A stretch of DNA of 64,000 nucleotides from Opitutales bacterium. Lineage in GTDB: Bacteria; Verrucomicrobiota; Verrucomicrobiia; Opitutales; PNEW01. The notes under the pieces are model-generated. The model saw only the letters and a program-made list of their open reading frames with translations. It searched no databases and was not told where the DNA came from. Location: positions 576,001-640,000 of the forward strand of contig CBDANS010000006.1 of assembly GCA_965197745.1 (NCBI GenBank). The letters run 5' to 3'. Positions 39,132 through 50,465 of the stretch are shown here, piece by piece (the first letter of the stretch is position 1; each line of letters starts with the position of its first letter). Made by a program: the position numbers and the translations under genes.

Positions 39132-39567
39132 TCGGTGTTGTCACATCAGAGGGCAAAGGGTTATCGACTTTTTCACCCAGTCCGGAAAACACGCGTGGAC
39201 CTATTAGTTTTTCAGGCCAGTCTTTTCCCCTGGCGATTACATGAAAATGAACGTGATGGAATCCCTCCATTTCCGCTAATTGAATTACGTATTCTTTTTC
39301 TGTATCTAATAACGTGTGTAATGCTTCACAAACTGACTTCAGCAACTTACTCAATTCTGAATATTCAACTTCAGACAATTCGTGAAGCGCTTGGCAATGC
39401 CTCTTTAAAACAAGGACTAACCATCCCTTAATGGAAGTAGGATCACCGTGTTCAATAATCCAATGTGATGTCTCAAATATTCTCGGCGCATTGCTTAGAC
39501 TGATCTTACCTTGTAGATTCTTACAGGATTTGCATTGGTCGTCATACTGGGAATTCATAGTGGTCAT
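39091..39567 (-). CDS. HIT family protein
   Basis: C..C, HVHFH triad. Confidence 0.88.
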   Translation of the reverse strand: MTTMNSQYDDQCKSCKNLQGKISLSNAPRIFETSHWIIEHGDPTSIKGWLVLVLKRHCQALHELSEVEYSELSKLLKSVCEALHTLLDTEKEYVIQLAEMEGFHHVHFHVIARGKDWPEKLIGPRVFSGLGEKVDNPLPSDVTTPIALQIQSFLQTHF

Positions 39568-39601
39568 AATTTTATAAATTTATATTTCATGTTCACTGGG
39601 A

Positions 39602-40426
39602 CTAATCCAGCTTCCTGTTTTTATTCATCCAATCTACGGCATAATCGACAATTTTTCTCATTTTGAACATCTTAACCTGAGCGTTTCCGACTACACCCTG
39701 AATTAATTCGGGGTTGCCCTTCTCATAGGCCATACCGATTTCCTCAAAATCATATCCATACCAGTAAATGTCATCGTACCATGTCCACTCAACCCGGTTA
39801 TTCTTTATTAAGGGGGCTCCTCGCTTACATTTTTTCTGCTCGGCAAATTTGCACCGATATTCTGACAGGTGAAAGGCTGTATTGTTACTGTAACCCGTCC
39901 CTATTAGTAGAACAGTGGCGTCCAGATCATAGAGACGAGCCAATGGAGACGTTTCTCCGGCACTCATACTCAGGGAGTGATTATCCGTAATGAAGTTGGC
40001 ATTTTTACCGCGAGCTCCCCAGGAAACAAAAGGGTGATGCGAACGGATCGTTCCTTTCTGATGCATGAAACAGTCAACAATCATCCCCATTTTACGCGCT
40101 GGGGTCATTTCAGGATAGAATGGTGGCATATTCTCTCTTATAGTCTGAATCCAATCCGATGGAACGGCCGGACTGGCCCAATCTTCGGGATCTGATAAAT
40201 CCGCGCTGTGGGTTGGCATAGCAAGGGTCCCCTCCGGCCCCAGGATATTTTCTAATGCTAATATCACAGAGACAGGTCCCCCTACGACATAGCCCATTGA
40301 ACTCAGGGAGGAGTGCACGATCAATGTCATGGCGGATTTTACGCCAAGTTTTTTAAAGTCTTCTGTCAGCGAAGAAATAGTGTGCGGAACTTCCGTTTGC
40401 CCGATTACTTTTATCAACTTTGTCAT
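39602..40426 (-). CDS. Aminoglycoside N(3)-acetyltransferase family
   Basis: VHSSLS..G.V.GG, GTL.MP, RS.HP, SPLARLY, NT.FHLSE. Confidence 0.92.
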   Translation of the reverse strand: MTKLIKVIGQTEVPHTISSLTEDFKKLGVKSAMTLIVHSSLSSMGYVVGGPVSVILALENILGPEGTLAMPTHSADLSDPEDWASPAVPSDWIQTIRENMPPFYPEMTPARKMGMIVDCFMHQKGTIRSHHPFVSWGARGKNANFITDNHSLSMSAGETSPLARLYDLDATVLLIGTGYSNNTAFHLSEYRCKFAEQKKCKRGAPLIKNNRVEWTWYDDIYWYGYDFEEIGMAYEKGNPELIQGVVGNAQVKMFKMRKIVDYAVDWMNKNRKLD

Positions 40427-40433
40427 TTTATGA

Positions 40434-41003
40434 TTAGCCAGGGCTTTGGTTATTACTGGTTAATTTAATTATTTCCTCTGTTGTTTCCTCAGGTGTTTTT
40501 CCCTTTGTATGGATTGTTAATTTAGCTAAATCATAGTTGGAATGGTGTTCCAGAAAATGAAGATTAATATTAAATATCCCATCAGAATCCACTTCTATTC
40601 GATCATTTAATGTTTTAAATGACTCAGTCAAATTCGGTGAGGGAAGAAGCAAAATGACATTACGAAAATCTGCCAGGACATCTTTTATTCGCTCAAATAA
40701 TTGATCATTTTCATATACAGAATGGCCACCACCAAAATCAAAAACGCAACTGTCATTATCATTGAGAATCCTTTCAATCGCATACGCTTCAAAAGGTTTC
40801 CAATACCGGTATAGACCATCAAAGAATCCTAGTTTTTCATTAATCGTTTCAGCTAATTTTCGGTCATAGCCAATTTCGTCATAGTACTTCCATCTTAACT
40901 CGTCGACATCACATAGAGTGATATTCAGCTTTTTCGCTATCAATTCTCCCACCGTGCTTTTACCTGTCTGGATGGGGCAAATAAGAACTATTTCGTCACG
41001 CAT
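40434..41003 (-). CDS. Shikimate kinase-like P-loop protein
   Basis: TGKSTVG, DFGGG. Confidence 0.78.
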   Translation of the reverse strand: MRDEIVLICPIQTGKSTVGELIAKKLNITLCDVDELRWKYYDEIGYDRKLAETINEKLGFFDGLYRYWKPFEAYAIERILNDNDSCVFDFGGGHSVYENDQLFERIKDVLADFRNVILLLPSPNLTESFKTLNDRIEVDSDGIFNINLHFLEHHSNYDLAKLTIHTKGKTPEETTEEIIKLTSNNQSPG

Positions 41004-41049
41004 TGATTGAAAGGGGTCAGCATTTTATAATCGTTCATTGATCATAGTG

Positions 41050-41526
41050 CTAATGCAAGGGCATGACAAAAGCCAGAAACGGCTTCTTGCGTTCCATCGG
41101 TTCTACGGCAAATCCCATCGAGATCTTCAGTTGCTGGTTCTCGGGATGCTCGTTATTGCTGACGGATCGCACCTGGTAACAGCCAAGCTCCCTTGCCCGC
41201 TTCAGCGTTCGCTCTTGCAGCGCCCTGCCGATGCCTTGGCGTCGATGTGTTTCATTAACGCCAAAGGCAATAATTTTGGCCTCCGTCAGTGTGCGCCCAT
41301 TAAGTTGAACGGGCTCATGGCCACGGTCATGGGGACCAATCTCCCACACCACGAACATGAGAAAACCCACGACTGTGTCATCTTTTAACGCTGCGAGAAA
41401 ATAACGTAAAAATTGTTCAAAGAATGTGTCAAAAGCCCAACCCGTTTGATTCTCTCCAGCGATGGTTTGAACTAAATCGTCCCAACGCGGATGCGCAGGT
41501 GTCCATTCTTCAATTGCTACACTCAT
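41050..41526 (-). CDS. GNAT N-acetyltransferase
   Basis: FGV...HRRQGIG; start taken at MSVA. Confidence 0.85.
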   Translation of the reverse strand: MSVAIEEWTPAHPRWDDLVQTIAGENQTGWAFDTFFEQFLRYFLAALKDDTVVGFLMFVVWEIGPHDRGHEPVQLNGRTLTEAKIIAFGVNETHRRQGIGRALQERTLKRARELGCYQVRSVSNNEHPENQQLKISMGFAVEPMERKKPFLAFVMPLH

Positions 41527-41555
41527 ATTGATACCAGCTGTATTATGGATTTGTA

Positions 41556-42107
41556 TTAAACATCTGAAAGACCGGGTTCCCACCCGACATCGGCAGCCCA
41601 TCGGTCTGCACGATGCATGATCTCATGGATTATCGGGTCCTTAGCGTCTACGTAGGTTTGTCTTTCGTAACGATACCTTTCAGCCAGTTCCCTTTTCACC
41701 CTTTCATACTTTTCGTGGTCACTTGGGTGTAAACGTATATAATCACGGAACAACAGGGCGAACTGCTGGTGCCAGCTGCCCAGCTTCCTCGTATGAATAT
41801 GCGTTCGTCTCGTTCCGGGTTTCTCCCTGAAATACCGTTTTGTTTTTTCCCCGTTGTTCTTCTTCCAGACATAACCCAGTGATTCCATCGGTATCAAAAA
41901 AGGTTCCACCGGTTCTAGGCTGCAAACAGAGATCTGGATATCGATAATTGGTTTAGCGGCCAGTCCCGGCACCGAAGTGGAGCCAATATGATCAATGCGA
42001 TTGGCCACCTCCCCCAGTGCATTTCTTAGAGCTTTCCCAATGTCTTTAAATTCTTTAGGCCACTCGGGAGAGTAGTCGGAAATTAAAATGGGTTCTACAG
42101 ACTTCAT
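41556..42107 (-). CDS. GrpB family protein
   Basis: DHIGSTSVPGLAAKPIIDI, HIH, LLFRDY. Confidence 0.92.
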   Translation of the reverse strand: MKSVEPILISDYSPEWPKEFKDIGKALRNALGEVANRIDHIGSTSVPGLAAKPIIDIQISVCSLEPVEPFLIPMESLGYVWKKNNGEKTKRYFREKPGTRRTHIHTRKLGSWHQQFALLFRDYIRLHPSDHEKYERVKRELAERYRYERQTYVDAKDPIIHEIMHRADRWAADVGWEPGLSDV

Positions 42108-42115
42108 TCACTATT

Positions 42116-42571
42116 CTAATAATTACGTATAACCATGCCCACAGAACGCATCATGCCTAAAGATTCGTAGAATGGTTGAACGTCCTTATCGCACATAAGA
42201 TCAATGGCGGGAATATTTTGTAATTTATCCAGCATACTCTTCATCAACATTTTCCCAATCCCCCTTCTTCTATATTGGGGCAATACTTCAAGCAATGGAA
42301 TAAAAGCACTTTGAATATGATCGGTGTTCGCTGTTACGTAACCGACAACTTTATTCTTATCGGTATCTATGGCCATGAACACATAGTCACTGTTCTTAAG
42401 AATTTCTAAATGGGCTTCATTTGAATGTGGTTTAACCCAACCTTCAAAAAAACCTCCCAGCATACCCGGGGTGATGTCCTTTATTGATTCAACATACTTA
42501 ACCATATCTACAACTGAATTATCCCTACACGACTTATTCGGCAAGATAGCATTGAGAAGGGGTACCAACAA
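42116..42571 (-). CDS. GNAT N-acetyltransferase
   Basis: LLEVLP.YR.RGIG, PFYE.LG. Confidence 0.88.
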   Translation of the reverse strand: MLVPLLNAILPNKSCRDNSVVDMVKYVESIKDITPGMLGGFFEGWVKPHSNEAHLEILKNSDYVFMAIDTDKNKVVGYVTANTDHIQSAFIPLLEVLPQYRRRGIGKMLMKSMLDKLQNIPAIDLMCDKDVQPFYESLGMMRSVGMVIRNY

Positions 42572-42574
42572 TCC

Positions 42575-43579
42575 TTAATCAGATATGATAGTATTGCGCA
42601 CTCCATCTTCCTCTCTGTATTCCTGTGCAAAATCTGTATCTGGTGGATTTAGTCTTTCCCATTCGATTGTCTTCTCCAACGCCTCTTCTAAACCGATCTT
42701 GTCGAAATAACCCAAATCTTTTCGAATTTTTTCGGAACTCATATCCATATTCTGAGCAAAATTTATATTACTAACCAGATGTGAAGGTAACTGATCTTTT
42801 CCTAGAGTTTTTATCTCACCACACCACCCTACAACCGAAGCAATTTTTTCTACCCAGTCTTTTTCTTTTAGAGAAGATGAATCAGCCACATTGTAAATTT
42901 GACCTCTCGATTTATCATTAATGGCTGCTAAAGCAATGGCCTGTGCTACGTTCCCTACATATCCTCGACAAGTTTTCCACTCAGTTATTCCTTTTTCTAA
43001 CATTATTACGGGTCTTCCATCATCCATTCTTCTCAGGTATGGACTAAGACGGCGCTGGCTATCATGTGGCCCAAAAACCATGGGCATTCTAAGTATAGTT
43101 CCTGAAATTGAATGATGCGATATTACTATCTCTTCTACTGCATTTTTATTATCACCCTGAAGAGGGTTTAAACGTAAGGGCGATTCTTCAGTCAGGGGTG
43201 TATCAATAATATCTGTTAGTTCAGGAGAAGTCACAATTTCAAATGCCCGATAAATATTTCCACTACTGATGGCTACTACTCTATCTACCAAACCCTCTGC
43301 GATTTCCATTAGAGCAGTAGCATGTGCATCTGAATGAGAAATCATATGAATGATAACCTCAGGGGCATAGGATGCAAAATCGCTTTTGAATTTCATTAAT
43401 TCTTCGCGCTCACCGATAATAATTTTAGCCGCACTACTGCTTAAATTATCATGTTTCCCCCTGTGGAATACACATACTTCATGTCCCTGACTGATTAAGA
43501 GCCTGGCAGCGAATGCTCCCATGAAGTTAGTTCCCCCTATAAATAAAATCTTCATTTCCCTAAGGTGTCCCTTCCCCAC
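42575..43579 (-). CDS. NAD-dependent epimerase/dehydratase family
   Basis: GGTNFMG, FHRG, LR.P.VFGP.D. Confidence 0.88.
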   Translation of the reverse strand: MGKGHLREMKILFIGGTNFMGAFAARLLISQGHEVCVFHRGKHDNLSSSAAKIIIGEREELMKFKSDFASYAPEVIIHMISHSDAHATALMEIAEGLVDRVVAISSGNIYRAFEIVTSPELTDIIDTPLTEESPLRLNPLQGDNKNAVEEIVISHHSISGTILRMPMVFGPHDSQRRLSPYLRRMDDGRPVIMLEKGITEWKTCRGYVGNVAQAIALAAINDKSRGQIYNVADSSSLKEKDWVEKIASVVGWCGEIKTLGKDQLPSHLVSNINFAQNMDMSSEKIRKDLGYFDKIGLEEALEKTIEWERLNPPDTDFAQEYREEDGVRNTIISD

Positions 43580-43723
43580 TCACTAGCATTACATATTCTG
43601 CAGGGAGGTGGAGAAAAAACAATTGTCAAAGTGTATTGAACGGAGCAAAATCACTCTGAAGCGACACTGGATGATGACTTTAACGAGTTATAAAGATCAA
43701 AGGGAAAATCCCGACTTACACCT

Positions 43724-45432
43724 ATGAAAAAATATGCATCAGATAGCCACTCTCGCACCCGTATGGCGGCACTCCGCGGGTGTATCTTAAGTTTAGTCGC
43801 GCTCCCTGGCCTGCTCGCGCCCTCGAGCCTGATCTCATCGGAGGAAACCGGGGAAACAACCAAGGCGGGTGAGTTGGCACCAAGGCTGCAGAATCTGGGA
43901 GACTATATCACTATGCCATCACCACGGATGACGAGGGCGCCCAGAAGTACTTCGACCAGGGACTAACGCTGACATACGCATTTAACCACCGGGAGGCAGC
44001 GCGCTCGTTTAAGGAAGTGGCACGGCGCGACCCAGACGCCGCCATAGCCTACTGGGGACACGCTCACGTCCTGGGTCCCAACATTAACATGCCCATGAAT
44101 CCCGATGACGAGTCCCTGGCCTATGCGCTGGTGCAAAAGGCCATGGCCTTGCGCGATAAGGTCTCTCCCAGGGAAGCCGCTTACATCGAGGCCTTGGCGG
44201 AACGCTATTCAGGTAATGCGGAAGATCGAGCTGCGAGGGACCGAGCCTACGCGGAAGCGATGGGTAAACTGCATAGGGCCTACAGGGAGGATCTCGACGT
44301 CGCCACCCTGTATGTCGAGGCATTGATGGACCTCAGTCCATGGGACTACTGGACGCGAGACGGACAACCTCATGAGGAAACAAAAGATATAATTCGAATT
44401 CTTGAGTGGGTGATGGAACAGAATCCCAGACATCCGGGTGCCAATCACTATTACATCCACGCGGTCGAACTCCCCTATCCGGAGCGAGGGGTTGAAGTGG
44501 CTGATCGTTTAGGCACGCTCGTGCCGGGAGCAGGTCACCTGGTACATATGCCTTCGCATATTTTCCGCAGGGTGGGGCGCTACGAAGACGCCTCCAAGGC
44601 CAACCTCGCCGCCATTGAGGTTGACGAGGATTATATTACACAGTGCCAAGCCCAGGGCATCTATCCACTGGCATATTATCCTCACAATATCCACTTTCTC
44701 TGGGACTCCGCGACGATGGAAGGACGACGAGAAGTGGCCGTGGACGACGCACGCAAACTGGCTTCGCGCGTGACACCGGAAATGCTCCAGGCGGTTCCCA
44801 TTCTACGGACATTTATCGTTGTGCCCTTTTACGCCTATGTTCGGTTTGGCCTGTGGGACGAGATCCTGCAAGAACCGAAACCACCCACTGACCAGGGTTT
44901 CCGGACAGGTATCTGGCACTACGCGCGGGGCATCGCCTTCGTCGCCCGCGGGCGCATAGGAAAAGCCGAAGTCGAGTTGAGGCAATTGGCAAAACTGGCG
45001 GAGGATTCGACTCTCGACACGGTACCTCTGTTTTCCAATAACAAAGCTGGTCCGGTGCTCCGTATCGCTCGAGAGGCTTTGGCAGGTGAAATTTCCACCC
45101 ACCGCAGCTCCTACGACAAGGCCATCGCCCACTTACACCGTGCCGTCCTGCTACAGGATGCCCTGGAGTATATCGAGCCACCTGACTGGTACTATCCAAT
45201 GCGCCAGTCCCTCGCGACGGTATTGCTGGAAGCCGGGCGGCCACTGGAAGCCGAGGTCGTCTACTGGCAAGACCTGAAGAAAAATCCGGAGAACGGTTGG
45301 TCTCTATATGGATTGATGAAAGCGCTTCAGGCCCAGGGAAAGACAGACCGGGCGACCGAAATCCAAAAGCGTTTTGAGAAAGCCTGGGCTCTTGCCGATG
45401 GTCCGCCCATGACTTTGCACGCGCCCCAATAA
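43724..45432 (+). pseudogene. Secreted TPR-like protein, frameshifted at ~43905 by an extra AT
   Basis: gac tat [at] cac tat gcc restores LGDYHYAITTDDEGAQKYFDQGL..FNH.EA; HPGANHYYIH and HLVHMPSHI motifs. Confidence 0.8.
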
Positions 45433-45442
45433 CCTCCACCAC

Positions 45443-46015
45443 TCACTTGCACAATTTATCCTGCTTTAATTTTTCCAGGATATTATCTCTCAATTCTTCC
45501 AGTGATTTACAGCCATCCAGAATTAGATCACTGTGCTCTATATGCCGAAAGTGATTCAGGTATGGAACCCGGGCTTTATTCAAATAATGAACGAGATCTT
45601 TTTTCAAACTAACCATCGTTTCATTAGCGGGGGTTTCTCTTTCACCCAGGTAATTTCTCAGTATTCTTCTTGCCATCGCGACGTCCAATGGTGTGTCAAT
45701 GTAGACTGATAGATCAATGCATTCTCTCATGCGATGGTGTGCACGTCCAAATGGATAATCTAAAATGATATAACTGAAATCTCCTTTCTCGATCTCTTCT
45801 GCAATGGCACTGCTCATTCCCGGACAATCAAACTCGGAGAGATCAGCTCCCCTCATCGTCCATTCGTAATAGTCGTCCGGGTAAATATTGGTGTCATCAA
45901 AATCATCGAAACGGAATAGTTCGGAGGATTGCAGCGATTCATGCAGGAGTTCAGACAGAGCCGTCTTACCCCCACCTGATACCGAGTTGATTGCGATGAC
46001 GTAAGGAGATGGCAT
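45443..46015 (-). CDS. Uridine kinase-like P-loop protein
   Basis: SGGGKT, DYPFG, YIDTPLD...ARR. Confidence 0.8.
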   Translation of the reverse strand: MPSPYVIAINSVSGGGKTALSELLHESLQSSELFRFDDFDDTNIYPDDYYEWTMRGADLSEFDCPGMSSAIAEEIEKGDFSYIILDYPFGRAHHRMRECIDLSVYIDTPLDVAMARRILRNYLGERETPANETMVSLKKDLVHYLNKARVPYLNHFRHIEHSDLILDGCKSLEELRDNILEKLKQDKLCK

Positions 46016-46020
46016 TGTGA

Positions 46021-46509
46021 TCAGGTCATTTGAATTTCCATATAGTCCTCATCTTCGCCAAGAAGCTGGAATCGCTCTTTCAATACGTCAAATGTCTCAT
46101 TAATGATAAGAAAATCACCCCGCAAACGCTGATTCCTTTTTTCGCAGCGCTCCCGAGCACTATCTTCTGAAATGGAAAACGAAAGCAACTTTGGAATTCC
46201 GCCACATTCTTTTACTTTCTTTCGAACCGTATCCCGATAGCTCCGATTCCAGAAACCAAAGTCCAGAACCACATCAATCTGCATAAGAATGAGTTGGTTC
46301 CAATAGCCTTCCATGATCCCCAGGACTGAATCGTAGTACTCTGAAAATTTCTCAGCTGGTGGATTAACACCGAATAATTTAACCATCCATTCGTCCGGTG
46401 AAAAACGGACTGCTTTTTTCTCACGTTCAAGTTTGCATGCATAGGTAGTCTTTCCCGCGCATACGAATCCATAGAGCATGTAAGCGATTGGTTTTTCTTC
46501 TTCAGGCAT
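46021..46509 (-). CDS. AAA_33-type P-loop kinase
   Basis: GFVCAGKTT, SPDEWM, VVLDFGFW. Confidence 0.85.
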   Translation of the reverse strand: MPEEEKPIAYMLYGFVCAGKTTYACKLEREKKAVRFSPDEWMVKLFGVNPPAEKFSEYYDSVLGIMEGYWNQLILMQIDVVLDFGFWNRSYRDTVRKKVKECGGIPKLLSFSISEDSARERCEKRNQRLRGDFLIINETFDVLKERFQLLGEDEDYMEIQMT

Positions 46510-46592
46510 CGTTGCTCATAACCTATCCCCTCCCCGTGTATCTGCACAACGAAAATTGAAATATGACGCAGTGGCTGTAGGGTCACAAGATA

Positions 46593-47552
46593 CTACCAGG
46601 TATATTCTTCTGAAAGTAATCTTCTAGTCCATTCAATCCATCGCGGCTGGTCAGGATGTTTGATCCTGTCCCATTCTCCACCGGCAAAGTGAATGAATAA
46701 ATAAACGGTCCGCAATCTTATGAACCAGGAGAATTCACTTAAGCACTGGTCGTCCAGAGAACATTCCTGGCGGTAGCCATCCATAAACCAGCGCAGAACA
46801 TCCCGTCGGTTTTCTTTGGGGATATGTCTCGACGGCCAGAGCGCAAAAGCAAGATCTGCGATGTACCAATGATAGCACAAATCCGCGAAATCGATGGAAT
46901 GTATCGTTGTGAGGTCGTCTTCTATGAGAAAATTACGAAACCCGTAGTCACCGTGAATCAAACCATAAGACTCTGTATCTTTTGGGAGCAGACTGATGTG
47001 ATCGATAACTTTATTCAATTCATCGACAGCAGCTGGTTCGCTTTTCGGTTCACTCTTTTTTGCATTGTGAATAATTTTATCTTCATCCCAGTGCTCACAA
47101 TTTTCACCGGATGGCTTAAATAGCTTTGACTGTCTGTGAATGCTTCCGAGGGACCTGCCCCAGTTTCGATGGAGATTTTCGTCGAGCTTATCGGTCCTGA
47201 AATTAATGTGACGCCCCGGCATTCTATTGAACGCTGTCACATAAAAGGTAGTGTCGGTATGCCCGACAGCCTCAAATCGCTTTCCTACAGCTGATCGAAT
47301 CGGATAAGCGACAGATACCCCCTTTCCTTTCAAGTACTCGAGGAACTCCAGTTCTCCTTCAATTTTGGATCGGGGTTGTATCTCCCCAGGACTGAAGCGA
47401 AGGAACACCGCTTCCTTCCCCATTTGAGTTTTATAGACCAGGCTTTCACTGTCACCCACATGAGTGGCTTCCTTCCCATGGTTATCCCAACGAGAGAGCG
47501 CTATGTCGAGAAGTCCTTCGCTTTCGATTAATTCAAGGGTCTTATTTCTCAT
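46593..47552 (-). CDS. Phosphotransferase (APH/SrkA-like)
   Basis: GLIHGD...NF, IDFAD. Confidence 0.85.
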   Translation of the reverse strand: MRNKTLELIESEGLLDIALSRWDNHGKEATHVGDSESLVYKTQMGKEAVFLRFSPGEIQPRSKIEGELEFLEYLKGKGVSVAYPIRSAVGKRFEAVGHTDTTFYVTAFNRMPGRHINFRTDKLDENLHRNWGRSLGSIHRQSKLFKPSGENCEHWDEDKIIHNAKKSEPKSEPAAVDELNKVIDHISLLPKDTESYGLIHGDYGFRNFLIEDDLTTIHSIDFADLCYHWYIADLAFALWPSRHIPKENRRDVLRWFMDGYRQECSLDDQCLSEFSWFIRLRTVYLFIHFAGGEWDRIKHPDQPRWIEWTRRLLSEEYTW

Positions 47553-47618
47553 TATTTCGATTGGGATTCAATCTTAGAGATCTCCGTTTTGAGGTATCTG
47601 AAGCAACGAAATACTGCT

Positions 47619-48153
47619 TCATAGACTCATTTTAATATCATTAACAAGATCAGTTATTTCAAGGTTGTCTGTAGTATCGATTTGAATTAGTCTTCCTATG
47701 CCGAGTGGACCAAGGCATGCAAGTGAGCGAAAATTTTTGGTTATTTCTTCGTCATCTTTGTCTCCATCGAGGTGACCTGGATGGCGAATTCTCTGAACGA
47801 AACGTTTGGCAGCAATTTCAGGATCACAGGAACAGTATATTTCTATGACTTGATCTGATAGCGACGTGATCCATTTAATTGGAGTCCCAGACTGATCCGG
47901 AAAACTGTCATACCGCCAGAATGATGTAAGAACTGTACCCTTGGAAGTCGATGCAAGTCGCTGAAGGATCTCGTCACTAGCTCTACTCAGACGCCCTCCA
48001 CTCTGCATCTCCAATTCCCAACGAATCAAACAACGATTCAAGAATATCATCTTTATCAAGTAATGGTAAATTGAGCACAGGTGCCAGCTGACTTGCCAAT
48101 GTCGTCTTGCCACTGGCAGGTATTCCCGAGATAACGATAAATGCTTTAGTCAT
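47619..48153 (-). pseudogene. AAA-family P-loop kinase, frameshifted near 47995
   Basis: ATG at 48153 gives SGIPASGKTT..LLDKDDILE; RLSRASD..RF..R.RHPGH is in another frame. Confidence 0.8.
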
Positions 48154-48238
48154 TTCGTAGTACAGTTTGAAGCCAATGGTGAAGGTACAGTCCCGAGGCT
48201 ATTGTGGAAGTCTGTGAATGGATCAACCGTCTTGTTCG

Positions 48239-48673
48239 TTATCTCAAATCCTTCTTCAAAAAATGCTTGGTCACTCCGTCTGGAAAACCAGAAACCACTC
48301 CCATCGTTTCGTATCCATATTTGGAATAAAACGCGGGTGATTGAAAACTGTAAGAATTGGTACAGACACTAAAACATCCTTTATTTATCGCTATGCGTTC
48401 AAGCTCAGCGAGCAATTTAGATCCCAGGCCTTTACCCTGTTCTTCTCTATCTACCCAGAGGAATTCCAACTCGAGACCTGCACCCCAGAGCCAGCCGACA
48501 ATACCTGCGATGATGGAGCCATCTTCTTTTTTTATCGTCAACACTATGTCCTCACCATCCGCAATTGATGATTGGGAAACGTTCCAGCTTCCGAGGCCGT
48601 TTCTTATTTGTGAAATAATATTATCAACATTCTCGGTTTCTCTGTGTATGGGGTGATCCATCGTATTGTTCAT
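48239..48673 (-). CDS. GNAT N-acetyltransferase
   Basis: LWV....G.GLG..LL, SFQ.P.FY..YGY. Confidence 0.9.
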   Translation of the reverse strand: MNNTMDHPIHRETENVDNIISQIRNGLGSWNVSQSSIADGEDIVLTIKKEDGSIIAGIVGWLWGAGLELEFLWVDREEQGKGLGSKLLAELERIAINKGCFSVCTNSYSFQSPAFYSKYGYETMGVVSGFPDGVTKHFLKKDLR

Positions 48674-48759
48674 TGTTTCATTTCCATAGTGGTTGTTTTT
48701 TTAAACTATATCGCCAAACAACATCTAATGATAAAACTCTCAATCCTCTTTTTAGTATA

Positions 48760-49439
48760 TTAATTAAAAGCATCGTATACGGGAAGTTCAAAGTCAGATG
48801 GAAGCCACAGTGAATGCAATCGATCAAGAATTTGTCTTGCAGCTTCACCCAAAGCCTGCATTTCACCACTCTGTTCAGTAGCTTTTAAGTATGATTCAAG
48901 CCATGCGACAAGCTGTTGTCGCAGTGTAGATGGGCCACGCTGATGATCGTTTTCAAGTGCGACTCTCAATCGCACAATAACATGAAAAATATGCCAATGG
49001 GAAAATGCTTCCACCATTGATCTGTTGAAGATCTCATCGTCGGCAATATTTGGGCAATATTCAGATAACTGATCACGATATGCCTGATCCATGCTTGTTA
49101 CCACATCACCGGGCACGCCTTTCATACAACCCCAGGTCATCCGCGCGGGTAATCCTTCCCGAAGACAGTGACGGAAGCCACCGCAATCAAAGTCGAACAT
49201 CCTGAATTTACCTCCTTTTCGGATCATGCCACCCAATCCGTTCTGATCTCCTTGAGACAATGCGAGGAAGGTATTTGGGTATTCTTCGATCGTGTGGGTG
49301 ACACGGGCAATCTCGTCGTCAATTCCACTTGGTGGATCGAATCCCAATTCACGGCACCTTTCGCGATACTTTACAATGACATTTTCAAGCTCTCCCGATT
49401 CGATTTTCTTGCAGCGGGCATCGTCCCAGGGGTGAGTAT
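48760..49439 (-). pseudogene. 5'-truncated phosphotransferase-like gene cut by IS3-B
   Basis: Frame open up to the IS end at 49440; SQGD..N and FDFD motifs. Confidence 0.65.
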
Positions 49440-49468
49440 TGATTGGACCCCGTTTTTCGTACCAATTA

Positions 49469-50465
49469 TTAAGTGAGAGAGTTCCCGGGTATTAATGGTT
49501 TTAGGATTGATGTATATGAGAGATCTTGGCGAAGTGAGGGCGTAGCCCGAACGCGGCCAAGATCTGAAAGGAATGTGACAAACTCTTGTGGGCTTTTAAA
49601 GCCTAAACGACTGTGGGGATGATCATGGTTATAGGTCTGGCGCCATTGTTCGATTACAACTTGTGCTTCAGCCACGCTGAGCAACACTTCACGGTTCAAA
49701 CACTCATCGCGTAAGCGGTTGTGAAACGACTCGATGAAACCGTTTTGCCAGGGACTGCCCGGATCGATATATATCGCCTTGATCTTTTTGTCGGACAACG
49801 ACTGCTGCACTTGATGAGCAATGAATGGCTTCGCATGTCGTCGCTTCGCTCCTCGGAACACTGCCGTTGTCACTACGGATATAGCTGGGAGCTCCCTCCT
49901 TTTCAATGGCCTCGCTAAGCACAGAGAGGACATCCGATGAGGGGAGTTCACGAGCGACCCGGATATCCAGACATTCACGCGTATATGTCTTCGCTTCGCT
50001 TGAGTGTCGTCGCTTTCAGCTCCTCGGTACATCGATCAGAGTCATCATCTTTAATGGACCGCCATGGTCTGTGCGATCATGGACAAAGTCCCAGGACCAA
50101 AGGTGATTGCGACCGGTTGCTTTAGTAGGCGACCCCGTAGAGACCCCTTGACGGTGTCTACGCTTTTTAGGTGGCTTTACCTGCAACCCTTCTGAACGTC
50201 GTACCGCCTGAACAAACTTCCTGTTTGTTGTCCAGCCTTCCTTTACGAGCAAGGCACGGATGCGCCGGTAACCGTAGCAGGGATGTTCCCAGGACAGGGT
50301 TACAATCCGCTCGGCCAACCGCTGAGCTTTCTTACTGGCCTGCTTGGGCTGGTAGCTGAAAGTTGACCAACTGAGGCTGAGGTAGGAACAAGCCCTTCGC
50401 AACGAGCACAGCCCTCTCTCAGCCGCATCTTTTACTACTCGCTTCTTCTGCTTGGGGCTCACCAC
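49469..50465 (-). pseudogene. IS3 OrfB DDE transposase interrupted by inserts at 49989-50030 (42 nt, in-frame TGA) and 49829-49859 (31 nt, frameshift)
   Basis: WSWDF, LID|YTREC, RSDNGS|FIA, SPWQNGFIESF, PHSRLG. Confidence 0.88.
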
